A stretch of 64,000 bases of DNA from a bacterium (GCA_965221205.1 OZ244870.1:1763241-1827240), one strand, 5' to 3'. Counted from the first letter of the stretch, positions 1 to 11,036 are shown. The notes: generated by a model not told the origin, from the letters alone. Translations and numbers: made by a program.

Positions 1-1
1 C

Positions 2-373
2 TATATATTTCTAAGTGCCGATTTTCTCGCTGCCGTTCAACTCATTATTTATGTCGGTGGTATCTTGATTCTGCTCTTATTTGGTATTCTCCTTACGGCA
101 AAAATATCGTCTGTGACTGTTTCGACGAAAACATCTCAGCGTGTCTTGGGTTCTATAGCTGTCACCGGATTTTTGATTCTCCTTCTGTCGGTTATTTCAA
201 ATACTTCATGGTTCGGACCGGGATTTACAGATCAGGGAGCCTATGCACCACAAAGTGAACTGATCGGAAACCAGTTAATGACCGTATATATTCTTCCGTT
301 TGAAGTTGCGTCAATTTTGCTTCTTGCCGCGTTAGTCGGCGCACTGTACATCGTTCGATCGGAGGAGAAATGA
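2..373 (+). CDS. nuoJ: NADH-quinone oxidoreductase subunit J (5' end outside window)
   Basis: The frame is open from base 2 (YIFLSADFLAAVQLIIYVGGILILLLF...LPFEVASILLLAALVGA), with NuoJ motifs; it overlaps the nuoK start. Confidence 0.95.
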   Translation, partial: YIFLSADFLAAVQLIIYVGGILILLLFGILLTAKISSVTVSTKTSQRVLGSIAVTGFLILLLSVISNTSWFGPGFTDQGAYAPQSELIGNQLMTVYILPFEVASILLLAALVGALYIVRSEEK

Positions 374-675
374 TTCAACTTGAGACGTTTCTGATAATCG
401 GCGCGCTGCTCTTTGCGAGCGGCCTTCTGGCTATTCTTACAAAGCGGAATGCTATAGGTATTTTAATGGGTGTTGAGCTTATCTTGAATGCTGCGAACGT
501 CAATTTTGTTGCATTTGCATTTTTCAAAGACCCCGGTATTCATGGTGTGTTAATAGCGTTATTTGTATTTGTGATTGCGGTTGCCGAAGCGGCAGTTGCA
601 CTTGCAATAGTCTTAAATATTTACCGGACGCATCAGACGATCAATGTTGATGAAGCACATAGTCTTCTGAAGTAA
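370..675 (+). CDS. nuoK: NADH-quinone oxidoreductase subunit K
   Basis: 101 aa with KRNAIGILMGVELILNAANVN and AVAEAAVALAI motifs; operon position. Confidence 0.97.
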   Translation: MIQLETFLIIGALLFASGLLAILTKRNAIGILMGVELILNAANVNFVAFAFFKDPGIHGVLIALFVFVIAVAEAAVALAIVLNIYRTHQTINVDEAHSLLK

Positions 676-720
676 TGTAATTGATAGTGATGGTTTTGTA
701 CTAAACTCTTAAGAGAACAC

Positions 721-2775
721 ATGGAATTACTAGCTGCAGCGATTATTATCTGGTTACTGCCTCTTGCGGCGTTCACAATCCAGATTTTCATAGGGAAACG
801 GCTTCCGAGACAGGGGGACTGGGTGGTTGTCGGATCAATGTTTGTTAATCTGGGCCTTGCTCTGTGGATATTCTATACTGTTCTTACTGCGTATGATCCG
901 AATTTCAGAGTGGAGTATCATTTTGACTGGATTCAGCTTGGCAGTCAGAATTTCCCGCTCGGGTTCGCTCTCGATAATGTAACGGCAGTGATGCTTGTTG
1001 TTGTCACACTGGTCAGTTCACTTGTATTTCTTTACTCAACCGGCTATATGCACGGTGATCCGCGCTATTCCCGCTATTTTGCTTATCTTTCGTTGTTTGC
1101 ATTTTCCATGCTCGGTCTGGTGCTGTTCGATAATCTGCTTGGCATTTATATGAGCTGGGAGCTTGTGGGACTCTGTTCGTATTTACTTATCGGATTCTGG
1201 TTTGAAAAAGATTCGGCTGCGAATGCTGGAAAAAAGGCTTTTATAACCAACCGTGTCGGCGATTTCGGTATGTTTGTCGGAATACTGATTGTGTTTTTCT
1301 CGGTTGGATCATTTTCATTTGAAGGAATTCGGAATGCTGTCGCTTCCGGCAGTTTTGGGGGGATGACACTAACGGTTGCAGGAATTTTGATTTTTATGGG
1401 AGCGGTCGGAAAATCTGCTCAGTTTCCGTTGCACGTTTGGCTGCCGGATGCTATGGAGGGTCCTACACCGGTCAGCGCGTTGATTCATGCTGCTACCATG
1501 GTAGCTGCCGGCGTCTACCTGGTTGTCCGGATATTCTTTATGCTGACTTCCGATTCGATGATCGTCATTGCCTACATCGGCGGATTTACGGCGATCTTTG
1601 CAGCAACGATAGCTATTGCACAAAATGATATCAAACGTGTTCTGGCTTATTCGACAGTCAGCCAGCTCGGGTATATGATCCTCGCACTCGGTACCGGTTC
1701 ATACGCAGCAGGTTTGTTTCATCTGATGACGCATGCCTTTTTTAAGGCATTGCTCTTCCTCGGTTCCGGAAGTGTGATTCACGCAATGGAACACGCTTTG
1801 CATGGGGCAAAACTGGAAGGCAACCCGAACGACATTTCGATCATGGGTGGACTCAGGCGGAAAATGCCAATAACTTTCTGGACATTTCTTGCGGGGACAG
1901 TCGCACTTTCCGGTGTACCGTTCACATCAGGTTTTTTAAGTAAAGATGCAATTTTGGCAGGATCGCTGAGTTTTGCGGTTCAACATCCCAGCCATTTTCT
2001 TCTGCCGGTGTTTGGATTTCTTGCGGCAGGTATGACTGCATTTTATATGTTCCGTTTGGTCTTCAAAACATTTTTTGGCGAATTTGCTCTGCCAAAGGCG
2101 TGGGATCATGTACATGAATCGAGCCGGTCAATGACCATTCCGCTCGTTGTCCTGTCGTTCCTCTGTGTTTTTGCATTTTATAGCTACAGTCCGGTTTCAC
2201 CCGATGGAGGGTGGTTTTACCACCTTGTGCAGCCGCCTGAGCAGGGAGCTGTTATGGCAATGGAATCAAGTAGTGGACAAGCCCAGGCAAGTGTGGAAGC
2301 TCATGGAAGCGGACATGATTCATCACACGCCTATGCACTTGCTTTGTCCCTGGTTTTTGCAGCACTCGGTATTATTGTCGCATACAGGACCTATTTCACG
2401 AAGCAGATTTCTGCAGAAGTGTGGGGAGCAATGTACCCGAGGCTGTACAACGGTATGTTGAATAAATGGTATATTGATGAGATATATAACGCTACTTTTG
2501 TTAAAGGTGTTCTGCTTTGGAGCAACATATGTAAGTGGTTTGATATAACGATTATCGATGGGATTGTGAATGGATCAGCACGTATAATTGTGCTGGTTTC
2601 CTGGTTCTACGGAAAGTTCGACACAATTGTAATTGATGGGTTGGTAAATGCTGTTGCATTAATTACACAATTGTTCGGCCTGATTGTACGACAGTTTCAG
2701 ACAGGGAGAATACAGCAGTATATTGTCGGACTGCTGATCGGAATGATGATTATTATAATGTTTCGGATTATGTAA
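721..2775 (+). CDS. nuoL: NADH-quinone oxidoreductase subunit L
   Basis: WELVGLCSYLLIGFW, GKSAQFPLHVWLPDAMEGPTPVSALIHAATMV, THAFFKALLFL. Confidence 0.98.
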   Translation: MELLAAAIIIWLLPLAAFTIQIFIGKRLPRQGDWVVVGSMFVNLGLALWIFYTVLTAYDPNFRVEYHFDWIQLGSQNFPLGFALDNVTAVMLVVVTLVSSLVFLYSTGYMHGDPRYSRYFAYLSLFAFSMLGLVLFDNLLGIYMSWELVGLCSYLLIGFWFEKDSAANAGKKAFITNRVGDFGMFVGILIVFFSVGSFSFEGIRNAVASGSFGGMTLTVAGILIFMGAVGKSAQFPLHVWLPDAMEGPTPVSALIHAATMVAAGVYLVVRIFFMLTSDSMIVIAYIGGFTAIFAATIAIAQNDIKRVLAYSTVSQLGYMILALGTGSYAAGLFHLMTHAFFKALLFLGSGSVIHAMEHALHGAKLEGNPNDISIMGGLRRKMPITFWTFLAGTVALSGVPFTSGFLSKDAILAGSLSFAVQHPSHFLLPVFGFLAAGMTAFYMFRLVFKTFFGEFALPKAWDHVHESSRSMTIPLVVLSFLCVFAFYSYSPVSPDGGWFYHLVQPPEQGAVMAMESSSGQAQASVEAHGSGHDSSHAYALALSLVFAALGIIVAYRTYFTKQISAEVWGAMYPRLYNGMLNKWYIDEIYNATFVKGVLLWSNICKWFDITIIDGIVNGSARIIVLVSWFYGKFDTIVIDGLVNAVALITQLFGLIVRQFQTGRIQQYIVGLLIGMMIIIMFRIM

Positions 2776-2851
2776 TGTTCACTTACACAGTACACTGCAT
2801 TTTTGGATCACAATGTTTTAAGGAATCACCGTCCTTTTTGAGGAGAGATTA

Positions 2852-4333
2852 ATGAAGTATTTAACGCTCATAACGTTTATACCCCTAATCGGAGCCGGGC
2901 TCATTGCTCTTGTGCCAAAAGAGAAAGTGATGCTCATAAAACAGTTAGCGGTTTTAGCGACAGGAGTCACATTATTGTTGACAATTCTAATGCTGCTCCA
3001 ATTCAATACCACAATGCCGGGGATCAACAGTGAAGGAAGCTTCCAGTTTGTCGAACATTACCAGTGGATTGATGCACTTAATATAGAATATTTTATGGGT
3101 GTCGACGGCCTCAGTTTTCCGATGATACTCTTGACAGCGTTTCTTTGCTTTATATGTATATTTGCTTCATGGAATATCGATCGCTCGCAAAAAGGGTATT
3201 TCGGACTTTTCCTTCTTCTTGAAACAGGAATGATCGGATCGTTCGCGGCACTCGATTTCTTTTTATTTTATGTCTTCTGGGAAGTGATGCTGCTGCCGAT
3301 GTATTTTCTGATCGGTATCTGGGGAGGTCCTCGGCGTGAATATGCAGCGATAAAATTTTTCCTTTACACTTTTTTCGGAAGTTTATTGATGCTCCTCGCG
3401 ATGCTCGCGCTCTATTTTGCGAATGATCCGCATACATTCAATATGTTGACACTCATTCAGAACAGCGGCACCTATTCAAGAACATTTCAGTACTGGGCAT
3501 ACATTGCACTCTTTATCGGTTTTGCCATCAAGGTTCCGGTTTTCCCGTTCCATACATGGCTTCCCGATGCTCACGTCGAAGCGCCGACAGCAATTAGTGT
3601 TATCCTTGCAGGTGTACTGCTGAAGCTGGGAACCTATGGTATCCTCCGGATCAGTTATCCGATGTTTCCGCTCGCCGCACAATATTTTGCCTACGGCCTT
3701 GCTGTGCTAGGATTGATAAATATACTCTACGGTGCGTTTACCGCTATGGCGCAGACAGATTTGAAGAAACTGGTAGCCTATTCGAGTATCAGCCATATGG
3801 GGTATGTTTTGCTCGGAATGGCTGTTTTTACCGAAGCCGGTATCAACGGCGCTGTTCTGCAGATGTTTAACCATGGTACAATCACGGCAATGCTCTTTCT
3901 CCTGGTTGGTGTAATTTACGACAGGGCTCATCACAGGGACATTAACGGTTTCGGCGGTATTGGTTCACAAATGCCGATTTTTACGGGGATTACCAGTTTC
4001 GCCTTCTTTGCAAGTCTCGGACTTCCGGGTTTGAGCGGTTTCATCGGTGAAGCTATGGTATTCATAGGAGCTTTCAGTGTTTATAAATACATTACTGCTT
4101 TTGCAGTCAGCGGAGTCATCCTTACGGCCGGTTATTTGCTGTGGACCCTCCAGAGGATTTTCCTAGGGAAAATGGATGATAAATATAAAACGCTACCGGA
4201 GATAACCGGCATGGAAATTTTTACACTGGCTCCGCTAATGGTTATCATTTTGTTTGTCGGTGTCTATCCAATGCCAGTCTTGGACCTGATGAGAACATCA
4301 CTAAACTTTTTGATTATTTTAGTTCATCCATAG
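2852..4333 (+). CDS. nuoM: NADH-quinone oxidoreductase subunit M
   Basis: FYVFWEVMLLPMY, KVPVFPFHTWLPDAHVEAPT, LVAYSSISHMG. Confidence 0.98.
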   Translation: MKYLTLITFIPLIGAGLIALVPKEKVMLIKQLAVLATGVTLLLTILMLLQFNTTMPGINSEGSFQFVEHYQWIDALNIEYFMGVDGLSFPMILLTAFLCFICIFASWNIDRSQKGYFGLFLLLETGMIGSFAALDFFLFYVFWEVMLLPMYFLIGIWGGPRREYAAIKFFLYTFFGSLLMLLAMLALYFANDPHTFNMLTLIQNSGTYSRTFQYWAYIALFIGFAIKVPVFPFHTWLPDAHVEAPTAISVILAGVLLKLGTYGILRISYPMFPLAAQYFAYGLAVLGLINILYGAFTAMAQTDLKKLVAYSSISHMGYVLLGMAVFTEAGINGAVLQMFNHGTITAMLFLLVGVIYDRAHHRDINGFGGIGSQMPIFTGITSFAFFASLGLPGLSGFIGEAMVFIGAFSVYKYITAFAVSGVILTAGYLLWTLQRIFLGKMDDKYKTLPEITGMEIFTLAPLMVIILFVGVYPMPVLDLMRTSLNFLIILVHP

Positions 4334-4345
4334 TGTGGTAGGTCT

Positions 4346-5836
4346 ATGATTTCGTGGGAAACAATTGTTGCAGATCTCAGGTATTTGTATCCTGAAATAG
4401 CGCTGACAGTCTCGATTCTGGTTGTGTTGCTTGCAGAGATAATTCCGGGTATAGGCAAGCGGCTCGTTATTCCGTTTTTGAGCCTTGGGGGTCTTCTCTT
4501 AGCAACAATTCTCTCCTTTCCGCTTCTTGAAGAACAGGGAAGGTCGCTGTTTTCCGGTATGATGGTTGTCGATCCGATGGGAGTATTTTTTAAAATATTT
4601 TTCACATTTTCATCCGCAATCATCGTTATACTCTCATTCGCAACTTTTAAGAAATCAGGTGAGTATTATGCCCTGATACTTGCAACAACCATCGGTATGT
4701 GTTTCATGGCTACATCGACACATATCGTTATGATAGCAATTTCGCTCGAGATTGTGGGTATATCATCCTATGTGCTTGCAGGTTTTAGAAAAAATGAGAT
4801 CCGATCAAGTGAGGCGTCTCTTAAATTCATGCTCTACGGAGCAGTCTCAACCGGCGTGATGCTCTACGGGTTTTCCTTTCTCTACGGTATCACAGGTGAG
4901 GGTACAATCTACGCAATTCGGGATTACCTTGCCGCAAATACCGTAAACGATGTGCTGCTTTTGATGTCGGTTCTCTTTGTAATAGCGGGAATCGGATATA
5001 AAATTACTATTGTACCGTTTCATTTTTGGTGTCCCGATGTCTATGAAGGTGCCCCGACACCGATAACAACATTTTTCTCGGTCGGTCCGAAAGTGGCTGG
5101 AATTGCGCTATTGGCTCGTTTTGTCTTTACCGGTGTATCTGTGCAGACGGGAGGAGAAACATTCCGGTGGGAGTCTGTTGGTACATTAGAACTTCCTCTG
5201 ATACTTGCCGCTCTTTCTGCAGTTACGATGACAGTAGGTAACCTCGCAGCACTTCAGCAAACAAACCTGAAGCGTTTGCTCGCATATTCAAGTATCGCAC
5301 ATGCCGGGTATATACTTATGGGTTTCACTATGTTCGATAGTGAGGGGCTCAGTGCGGTACTGTTCTACAGCATTGTCTATCTCTTTATGAATTTTGGAGC
5401 ATTTATCGTCATAGACGGTGTTGCGCTCAGAATCAAAAGTGAGCAGATCGACCATTACCGTGGGCTTGGTTCACGCTCACCCTATATTGCATTTGCATTT
5501 ATTATATTCCTCATCTCCTTAACCGGAATTCCCCCGACTGCGGGTTTTATCGGAAAATTGTTAATATTCGGTGCAGTAATTAAGAATAAACTGTACTGGC
5601 TGGCTGTTGTCGGTGTTTTAAATTCTGCCGTGTCGCTATTCTACTACTTTCGCATTGCCAAAGCAATGTATTTTACAAATACAGAAGACGGCTACGATTC
5701 GGCGGTTTCTGTTCCTACGTTGCACACTGTTCTTATTACTGCCCTACTCATTCCGACAGTACTGTTTGGAGTATTTTGGAATACACTGAGCAACTGGGCA
5801 CATTTTGGTATTGATTTTATACAAAGTATCCACTAA
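4346..5836 (+). CDS. nuoN: NADH-quinone oxidoreductase subunit N
   Basis: PFHFWCPDVYEGAPTP, KRLLAYSSIAHAGY, GIPPTAGFIGK. Confidence 0.98.
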   Translation: MISWETIVADLRYLYPEIALTVSILVVLLAEIIPGIGKRLVIPFLSLGGLLLATILSFPLLEEQGRSLFSGMMVVDPMGVFFKIFFTFSSAIIVILSFATFKKSGEYYALILATTIGMCFMATSTHIVMIAISLEIVGISSYVLAGFRKNEIRSSEASLKFMLYGAVSTGVMLYGFSFLYGITGEGTIYAIRDYLAANTVNDVLLLMSVLFVIAGIGYKITIVPFHFWCPDVYEGAPTPITTFFSVGPKVAGIALLARFVFTGVSVQTGGETFRWESVGTLELPLILAALSAVTMTVGNLAALQQTNLKRLLAYSSIAHAGYILMGFTMFDSEGLSAVLFYSIVYLFMNFGAFIVIDGVALRIKSEQIDHYRGLGSRSPYIAFAFIIFLISLTGIPPTAGFIGKLLIFGAVIKNKLYWLAVVGVLNSAVSLFYYFRIAKAMYFTNTEDGYDSAVSVPTLHTVLITALLIPTVLFGVFWNTLSNWAHFGIDFIQSIH

Positions 5837-5935
5837 TTTACTTTTTCTTACTTTTTTTCTTGTATATTTTTTTTCGATTTCTTAGATTTATTTCTGTAAT
5901 TAATTAAGATTACAACTTTAACTGAGGATTGAACA

Positions 5936-6268
5936 ATGACCTACATAGTTGGAGAACCTTGTTTTAACTGTAAATATGGAGATTGTGTAGAAGTGTGTCC
6001 GGTAGATTGTTTTTATCAGGATGAGAACATGCTCTATATTAATCCTGATGAATGTATCGATTGTGATGCATGTAAGCCGGAATGTCCGGTCGACGCTATC
6101 TTCCCAGAAGAAGAAGGCCCGAGTTACGACGAATCAAACGGCAAACATGATACACAGCACTATATCGATTTGAATTATAATTTTGACTACGACGGAAAAG
6201 ATCCTGTCACATCGCAAGATGATGTAGTGCATGGTCCCGACTGGGACGAGTCAAAAGCACGTGATTAA
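5936..6268 (+). CDS. fdxA: FdxA-type (7Fe/8Fe) ferredoxin
   Basis: [18 protein letters not shown] and [12 protein letters not shown] clusters, acidic C-terminal tail, GAGG RBS. Confidence 0.9.
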   Translation: MTYIVGEPCFNCKYGDCVEVCPVDCFYQDENMLYINPDECIDCDACKPECPVDAIFPEEEGPSYDESNGKHDTQHYIDLNYNFDYDGKDPVTSQDDVVHGPDWDESKARD

Positions 6269-6312
6269 TGTGTGCATTGCTTAGCACATTTGATCTATAA
6301 ATTAGAATAAAT

Positions 6313-6350
6313 AACCCGACTTCAATTTAATACATTATAGTCGGGTTTTT
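6313..6350 (+). terminator. Rho-independent terminator after ferredoxin
   Basis: aacccgact (6313-6321) / agtcgggtt (6339-6347) inverted repeat followed by a T run. Confidence 0.7.
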
Positions 6351-6618
6351 ATGTATACATTTGTTTCGCAAACAGAAAAAAATCATTTGATCTGGTCAGA
6401 AGTGCTCTACAACGAGATGATAGAAGTAATGTGAATAATCATGTTTGTGATTTTTCCGCAATTTTTTAAGAATATTGTAAATTTTCCGGTTTTCTTTCAT
6501 TGCTTCAATACGAAAATATGCAACAGACAACATTATGACAGCAAACAGAAATATATCAAAAATTGCTTCCACTCCAAATCCAAGCATGCTGAAACGCTCA
6601 GTTCAGTATATATAATAA

Positions 6619-7402
6619 GATACTTAGGTTATTTTCGGATCACGTGTTACAGTATACTTAGGATAGAAGAAAAAGTCACTAGAATTGATTGTTGGTACAT
6701 CATGTCCCGTTTGTTCTGGGGATCGTCTGTACCGTTTGCGTGATAATCGTTTTACAGGTACTCGATGTTCTTGTAAAGAGAGCCCGAAGCGATTCAAGGA
6801 CGCGATCTTGCTCTACTGCATTATGTTTCTTTGAAGATACCTGCCAATAAAGCTGCCAGGGGTCTTGGTTTTGGCGCCACGACGGTGCGAGGCAAATAGA
6901 TGCTTTGTCGACAGGAGATGTATGATTTCAGGAAGTGAGAAGACTTTCCGGCGAGACGAGATAGAATGTGCTGCAAGCTGCTTTGGTGGAAAACGTACAG
7001 GAACCAGCGGTCGCGGCAATGCCGGTACAATAAAGGTTTTCGGCATGGTGGAACGTCACGGGAAGCTTGTGACTGCCGCTTGATGAACGAGATCAGGGAC
7101 ACCGTTGCGAAAGGGAGCGTCTTCTCCACTGCTACGTTCCGTTCGTATACATCGCTGAAGTTTTTTGGTAACCAGCGTACGGTCGATCATAACACAGAGT
7201 GGATCACGGGACGTCGTCATAGTAACGGCCTTGAGGGGTTCTGGTCATATGCACAAGAAAGACGCTTACAGTACCATGGTGTCAGCAAAAATCATTGCCT
7301 GGTATACCGGAAGGAAATGGAATGGAGATACTATTACAGAAACCAAAATTTATTCCATCCTTTAATCAAAATTCACGTTCGTCCGCTTTTGACCTAATTA
7401 CC
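6619..7402 (+). mobile_element. IS1595-family (IS1016-like) element copy 1, inactivated transposase
   Basis: Imperfect terminal IRs (g[a/g]tacttaggtt... / ...gacctaattacc), a perfect 8-bp TSD tataataa (6611-6618, 7403-7410), a zinc-ribbon N-terminus and degenerate EIECDESYFGG / NGxEGFWS motifs; frameshifts and stops. Confidence 0.93.
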
Positions 7403-7560
7403 TATAATAATATAAAATAACACTACCAACACAAGCGGTATCCAAGTAAAAGTCAGCCTGTTTTTTAACATAGGCATCACTTAATACTGTTGATTTGTTT
7501 TCCATTTCTCATTCCACATATAGTTATAACAATTACCGTGTTGTTTACGCTATTTAAAAA

Positions 7561-8613
7561 TTATATTCCAAGCGTGTCTTTGGAAATATGCATGGTGACA
7601 TACATATGCGGTTTGTCAACCACTTCAGTAATATTAAGGTCTCCGGCAATTGAACAGAGCATATATGCTTCCTCTGAACTGAGTCCATGAACAGTGACGA
7701 GATAATCGATCATAAAACGGGTTGCTTTTGTTACCGCATGTTCAAGTGTTGTTCCATATGCCCCGACGGCGTAAAAATCATCAGTCTCATATTGCGGTTC
7801 TTTAATTTGGCGAAAATCATCACGTAATTCAATTTTATACTTTACCCTTACCGCAGTTTCAAGAGCAGTGCCACTCACCTCACCCAATCCTTGTGCCGCA
7901 TGAGCATCACCGACCGAAAATAAACCTCCTTCAACAAAAACAGGGAAATAAACGGTTGTACCCACAGTGAGGTATGGATTGTCCATATTGCCGCCGAATT
8001 CCCGAGGTTCAATAGCCGATTTAAGCGTATCAGTGTCTGGAGCAACAGCCATAACACCTAAAAATGGATTGAGTGGTACTGATATATTTTCGGAAAATTG
8101 TGCAACCAGAGAGTTTTGGGTAATAGGAAATGTTTTGACGATCGGTTCCGTAAAATCATCCGCCAAAAGACCAAATCCAGGGAATAGTGCAATCCAACCA
8201 TAGTCAGTTACTTCGATCTCAAGAATTGTAACTGCTAAGACATCACCGGGGTGTGCATTTTCAACATAAACAGGTCCGGTAAACCAAAATGGAAAATATT
8301 CATCGCCTTTTAATCCTGCATCAGGGTCCGTATCAACAATTTGACGTTCTGCTTTATGTTTTACAGTATATGCCTCAATTATAGAACCGGACGGAACAGA
8401 GATAACCGGCGGAATATCGTTTCCGAATCTGTCTTGATTATGTTCTTCAGTAATTATAAAATCTGATCTGGGTAGATTTTTAATATCTGATTGGTCGGGG
8501 AGATATTGCGAACAATTAAACAATACTAAAGACGATACGATGCATACACACGATATACATAAGCATTGAGATAGCGTGGTTCTCATTTTTAACTCCTCTA
8601 TTATAAAAGACAT
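7561..8613 (-). CDS. Acetamidase/formamidase family protein (true start possibly 8586, signal/lipoprotein leader)
   Basis: TGPVYVENAHPGDVLAVTI, PREFGGNMD, GDAHAAQGLGEVSGTALE, EEAYMLCSIAGDL. Confidence 0.9.
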   Translation of the reverse strand: MSFIIEELKMRTTLSQCLCISCVCIVSSLVLFNCSQYLPDQSDIKNLPRSDFIITEEHNQDRFGNDIPPVISVPSGSIIEAYTVKHKAERQIVDTDPDAGLKGDEYFPFWFTGPVYVENAHPGDVLAVTILEIEVTDYGWIALFPGFGLLADDFTEPIVKTFPITQNSLVAQFSENISVPLNPFLGVMAVAPDTDTLKSAIEPREFGGNMDNPYLTVGTTVYFPVFVEGGLFSVGDAHAAQGLGEVSGTALETAVRVKYKIELRDDFRQIKEPQYETDDFYAVGAYGTTLEHAVTKATRFMIDYLVTVHGLSSEEAYMLCSIAGDLNITEVVDKPHMYVTMHISKDTLGI

Positions 8614-8696
8614 GCCTCAATTTATCAGTGATTTGAAAATATTCGATAGAAAATTCTATATTCCATTAATACCGGAGTGAATTTGTTACCAAATTA

Positions 8697-9201
8697 TCAC
8701 CATGATTTGTCATGATTTGGTTGTACACCTAAAGCATCTGCAACACGGGTAATATAGCGTAAGTAATTGTTCCTACGCGCTTCGCTCTGTAAATGCTGAA
8801 ACACTTCAACATATTTCACATTCGGAGGATATGTAGAAACCTGAGTATAGCCGTTTTGTACAAGCCACACATTAACGAAAATATCACCATGTTCTGCAGG
8901 AACAAAGATATAGGCCAATAATCTTCCGTACCGGTCACGCTCTTGAGTATCGTATTCAAGCCTGACAGATTTACCCTCTACGAGCTTTCTATTGGCTTCA
9001 AAGGCGTATCCAACTTGATTGAGTCGGATGAACAGTTTCGGGTGTGTCAATACCTATATAACGTACTCTTTCACCGTTTTCAAGTTCAATTGTATCACTG
9101 TCAATTACTTTCGTGACTTTATGAGGGTATTCTGTCTGTGCGAATGAAGATGAGGAAAAAACAAAGAATAATAATGTGGCAATGAAAGTTAATCTTTTCA
9201 T
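8697..9201 (-). pseudogene. Thermonuclease (SNase) family protein, frameshifted
   Basis: VTKVIDSDTI...VRYIGIDTPE in one frame, DRYGRLLAY...VNVWLVQNGY in another. Confidence 0.88.
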
Positions 9202-9264
9202 GGGATTTTCCCTTCGTTAATTTTTAGGATTCGCTTTATAGCGCGGGTTATGTGGAAAATATAC

Positions 9265-10110
9265 TCATTCGATATAATTTAAGTCCAGATATAGCTGCCC
9301 ATCACGCTTAACATATCTTTGAATCAAACTATTTTTTTTGATCATATCAAAATCGGGTCTTTTAGCTGTATATGACATAAACACTATCACATCATCAAAA
9401 TTTTCTTTTACACTATCAATAAAAGCATCTAATATTTCAATATCATCACGATATTTACTGAATATTTCCCGATATTCTTTAGAGTATTGCATTTTCAATA
9501 AATACATGTCTAATCTTGATTTGTATTCTAAAAGACGGTATTCTTTAAGCAGAGTATCTTGACGCAAACTGTCAAATGGTGGAGTCATATCAATGTAAAA
9601 TGGAGAACTCTTATATGACTCGTCTAATTCTTCTAATTTCCTTCTTTCTACAATAGCATTCATTCTTTCAATTATTTCCGGCGTCACCTGCTCTCTTAGA
9701 GTAGGTTCTCTTACAGGAATTAAACTTTTTTTCTTTACCGGCGGGTCATTCGGTATATCCAACTTAATCAGAGGATTCTCTAAGAGCTCGCGTCTTTTTC
9801 GCTCTTCGTTTAGTAGTTTAGCTCTTTCGAGCGTCCTATCTGTTTCTGTTATTGTATAATATTTTTGAGGAGGCCGCTTCCACTCATCAGAATATATGTA
9901 GCTTGAATCAAATGGTTCATCAGTTACAAGATTCAGAATTATTTCAACATCTTTATTTTTTATACCTAGCCAATATTGTTCAACCTTGGACTCCATTATT
10001 CTCTCAAGATCATTCTTGGGTGTCCAGCTTGAAGTATTGTTATTGGCCTTGCAATATATTATAAAAATCAATACAGAATACATCAAGCATCCAAATCGTA
10101 TGTTCTTCAT
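9265..10110 (-). CDS. Hypothetical exported/lipoprotein cargo
   Basis: 281-aa ORF, N-terminal hydrophobic stretch ending in Cys, GGAAG RBS. Confidence 0.7.
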   Translation of the reverse strand: MKNIRFGCLMYSVLIFIIYCKANNNTSSWTPKNDLERIMESKVEQYWLGIKNKDVEIILNLVTDEPFDSSYIYSDEWKRPPQKYYTITETDRTLERAKLLNEERKRRELLENPLIKLDIPNDPPVKKKSLIPVREPTLREQVTPEIIERMNAIVERRKLEELDESYKSSPFYIDMTPPFDSLRQDTLLKEYRLLEYKSRLDMYLLKMQYSKEYREIFSKYRDDIEILDAFIDSVKENFDDVIVFMSYTAKRPDFDMIKKNSLIQRYVKRDGQLYLDLNYIE

Positions 10111-10143
10111 TCATCTTCCTTTTTCAAATATTTCTAAATATTA

Positions 10144-10182
10144 TTATAAGTCCACTGAATATTTCACCACGCGATGAATAAA
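10144..10182 (-). pseudogene. Orphan 3' end of a second S24 repressor homolog (FIHRVVKYSVDL*)
   Basis: 11/12 aa identical to the C-terminus of the 11037-11609 repressor (FIHRVVKYSGDL*), with several synonymous codon differences. Confidence 0.85.
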
Positions 10183-10239
10183 AAATCCGCTGTTAATTTT
10201 TAGGATTCGCTTTGAGGAAATCATTTGCGAATTCGTCTA

Positions 10240-10581
10240 TTACGTCTGCTTATAAAAGAATTCATTTGGTAAAATTTCAGCAAAAAAATAAATATAGGCT
10301 ATTATTGCAACAACAACATATATCGCGATTCCAATACTATACGCTCTTCTTTCTTTAACACTACAAACTTCATCTGCTATTTTCCTTGTACCACCTATCC
10401 ATGGGAATGAAATTATTACTAAACTCATGATATTGAACATAATATTATTTAGTGTAGCTAAATAGACAAAAAGAATTGCAAAAGCCCCTGCGAAAAAGCA
10501 CCAAATAAAGGGTTTTCCAAGCCATAATGAAGATGCTATAAATGACCAGTTCTTTATAAGTTTAGTAATATTTAAAGACAC
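10240..10581 (-). CDS. Small multi-pass membrane protein (cargo; start uncertain)
   Basis: Three hydrophobic segments; AT-rich. Confidence 0.55.
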   Translation of the reverse strand: MSLNITKLIKNWSFIASSLWLGKPFIWCFFAGAFAILFVYLATLNNIMFNIMSLVIISFPWIGGTRKIADEVCSVKERRAYSIGIAIYVVVAIIAYIYFFAEILPNEFFYKQT

Positions 10582-10695
10582 TAAAACTGTAATAATAAAA
10601 ACCAGAAATTCCTACATTACTTACCTAAAATCGTTTAATCCGGATTTGCGGCTAAATAATATAAAAGCATTTCATCAATAATAGTCTTTAATGAT

Positions 10696-11019
10696 TTATT
10701 TGTCCTCGGGTTCTGCCTGTTCGATTGGGAGCCATTCTAAAGTGGGCTTACTATCTTTTATGACCATCCAAAACATCCATGTTTCACCTGTCCGTTTATC
10801 GAATTTAATTAGACCATTCATGTCTTCTAAACCATCACCAATAGCGATTTTCCATTCTGCTTGGATTATCTGGTATTCTTTTTCTTGAATTCTATCAATT
10901 CTATCCATTAGATCGGACAATTCTTGGTATCGTTGTTCTCCAGTTATTTGAAAACTGAACGATAATGTTGTTAATACAAGGATAAGAGATATAACAAGAA
11001 TTAATGTTTTAGTTTTCAT
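10696..11019 (-). CDS. Hypothetical secreted protein (cargo)
   Basis: Signal peptide MKTKTLILVISLILVLTTLSFS, AGGAGG RBS directly after the repressor stop. Confidence 0.75.
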   Translation of the reverse strand: MKTKTLILVISLILVLTTLSFSFQITGEQRYQELSDLMDRIDRIQEKEYQIIQAEWKIAIGDGLEDMNGLIKFDKRTGETWMFWMVIKDSKPTLEWLPIEQAEPEDK

Positions 11020-11036
11020 TATTCGATGTCCTCCTT

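Larger units (their letters stand above)
9216..10213. repeat. 22-bp exact direct repeat gttaatttttaggattcgcttt (9216-9237 and 10192-10213)
   Basis: Identical 22-mers flank the 9265-10110 gene and the repressor-tail remnant. Confidence 0.95.

Noticed and set aside
6396-6587. 63-aa minus-strand ORF with one hydrophobic segment
   Set aside because: It could be a real small membrane protein, but no motif or clear RBS supports it.
7403-9265. Second att site (selC 3' duplicate) for the integrated element
   Set aside because: No gcgggagcg / gggaatcgaaccc copy was found by eye, so the boundary is left approximate.
9216-10700. Integron attC sites between cargo genes
   Set aside because: No clear RYYYAAC...GTTRRRY inverted-repeat structure, and the integrase looks phage-type with an excisionase.
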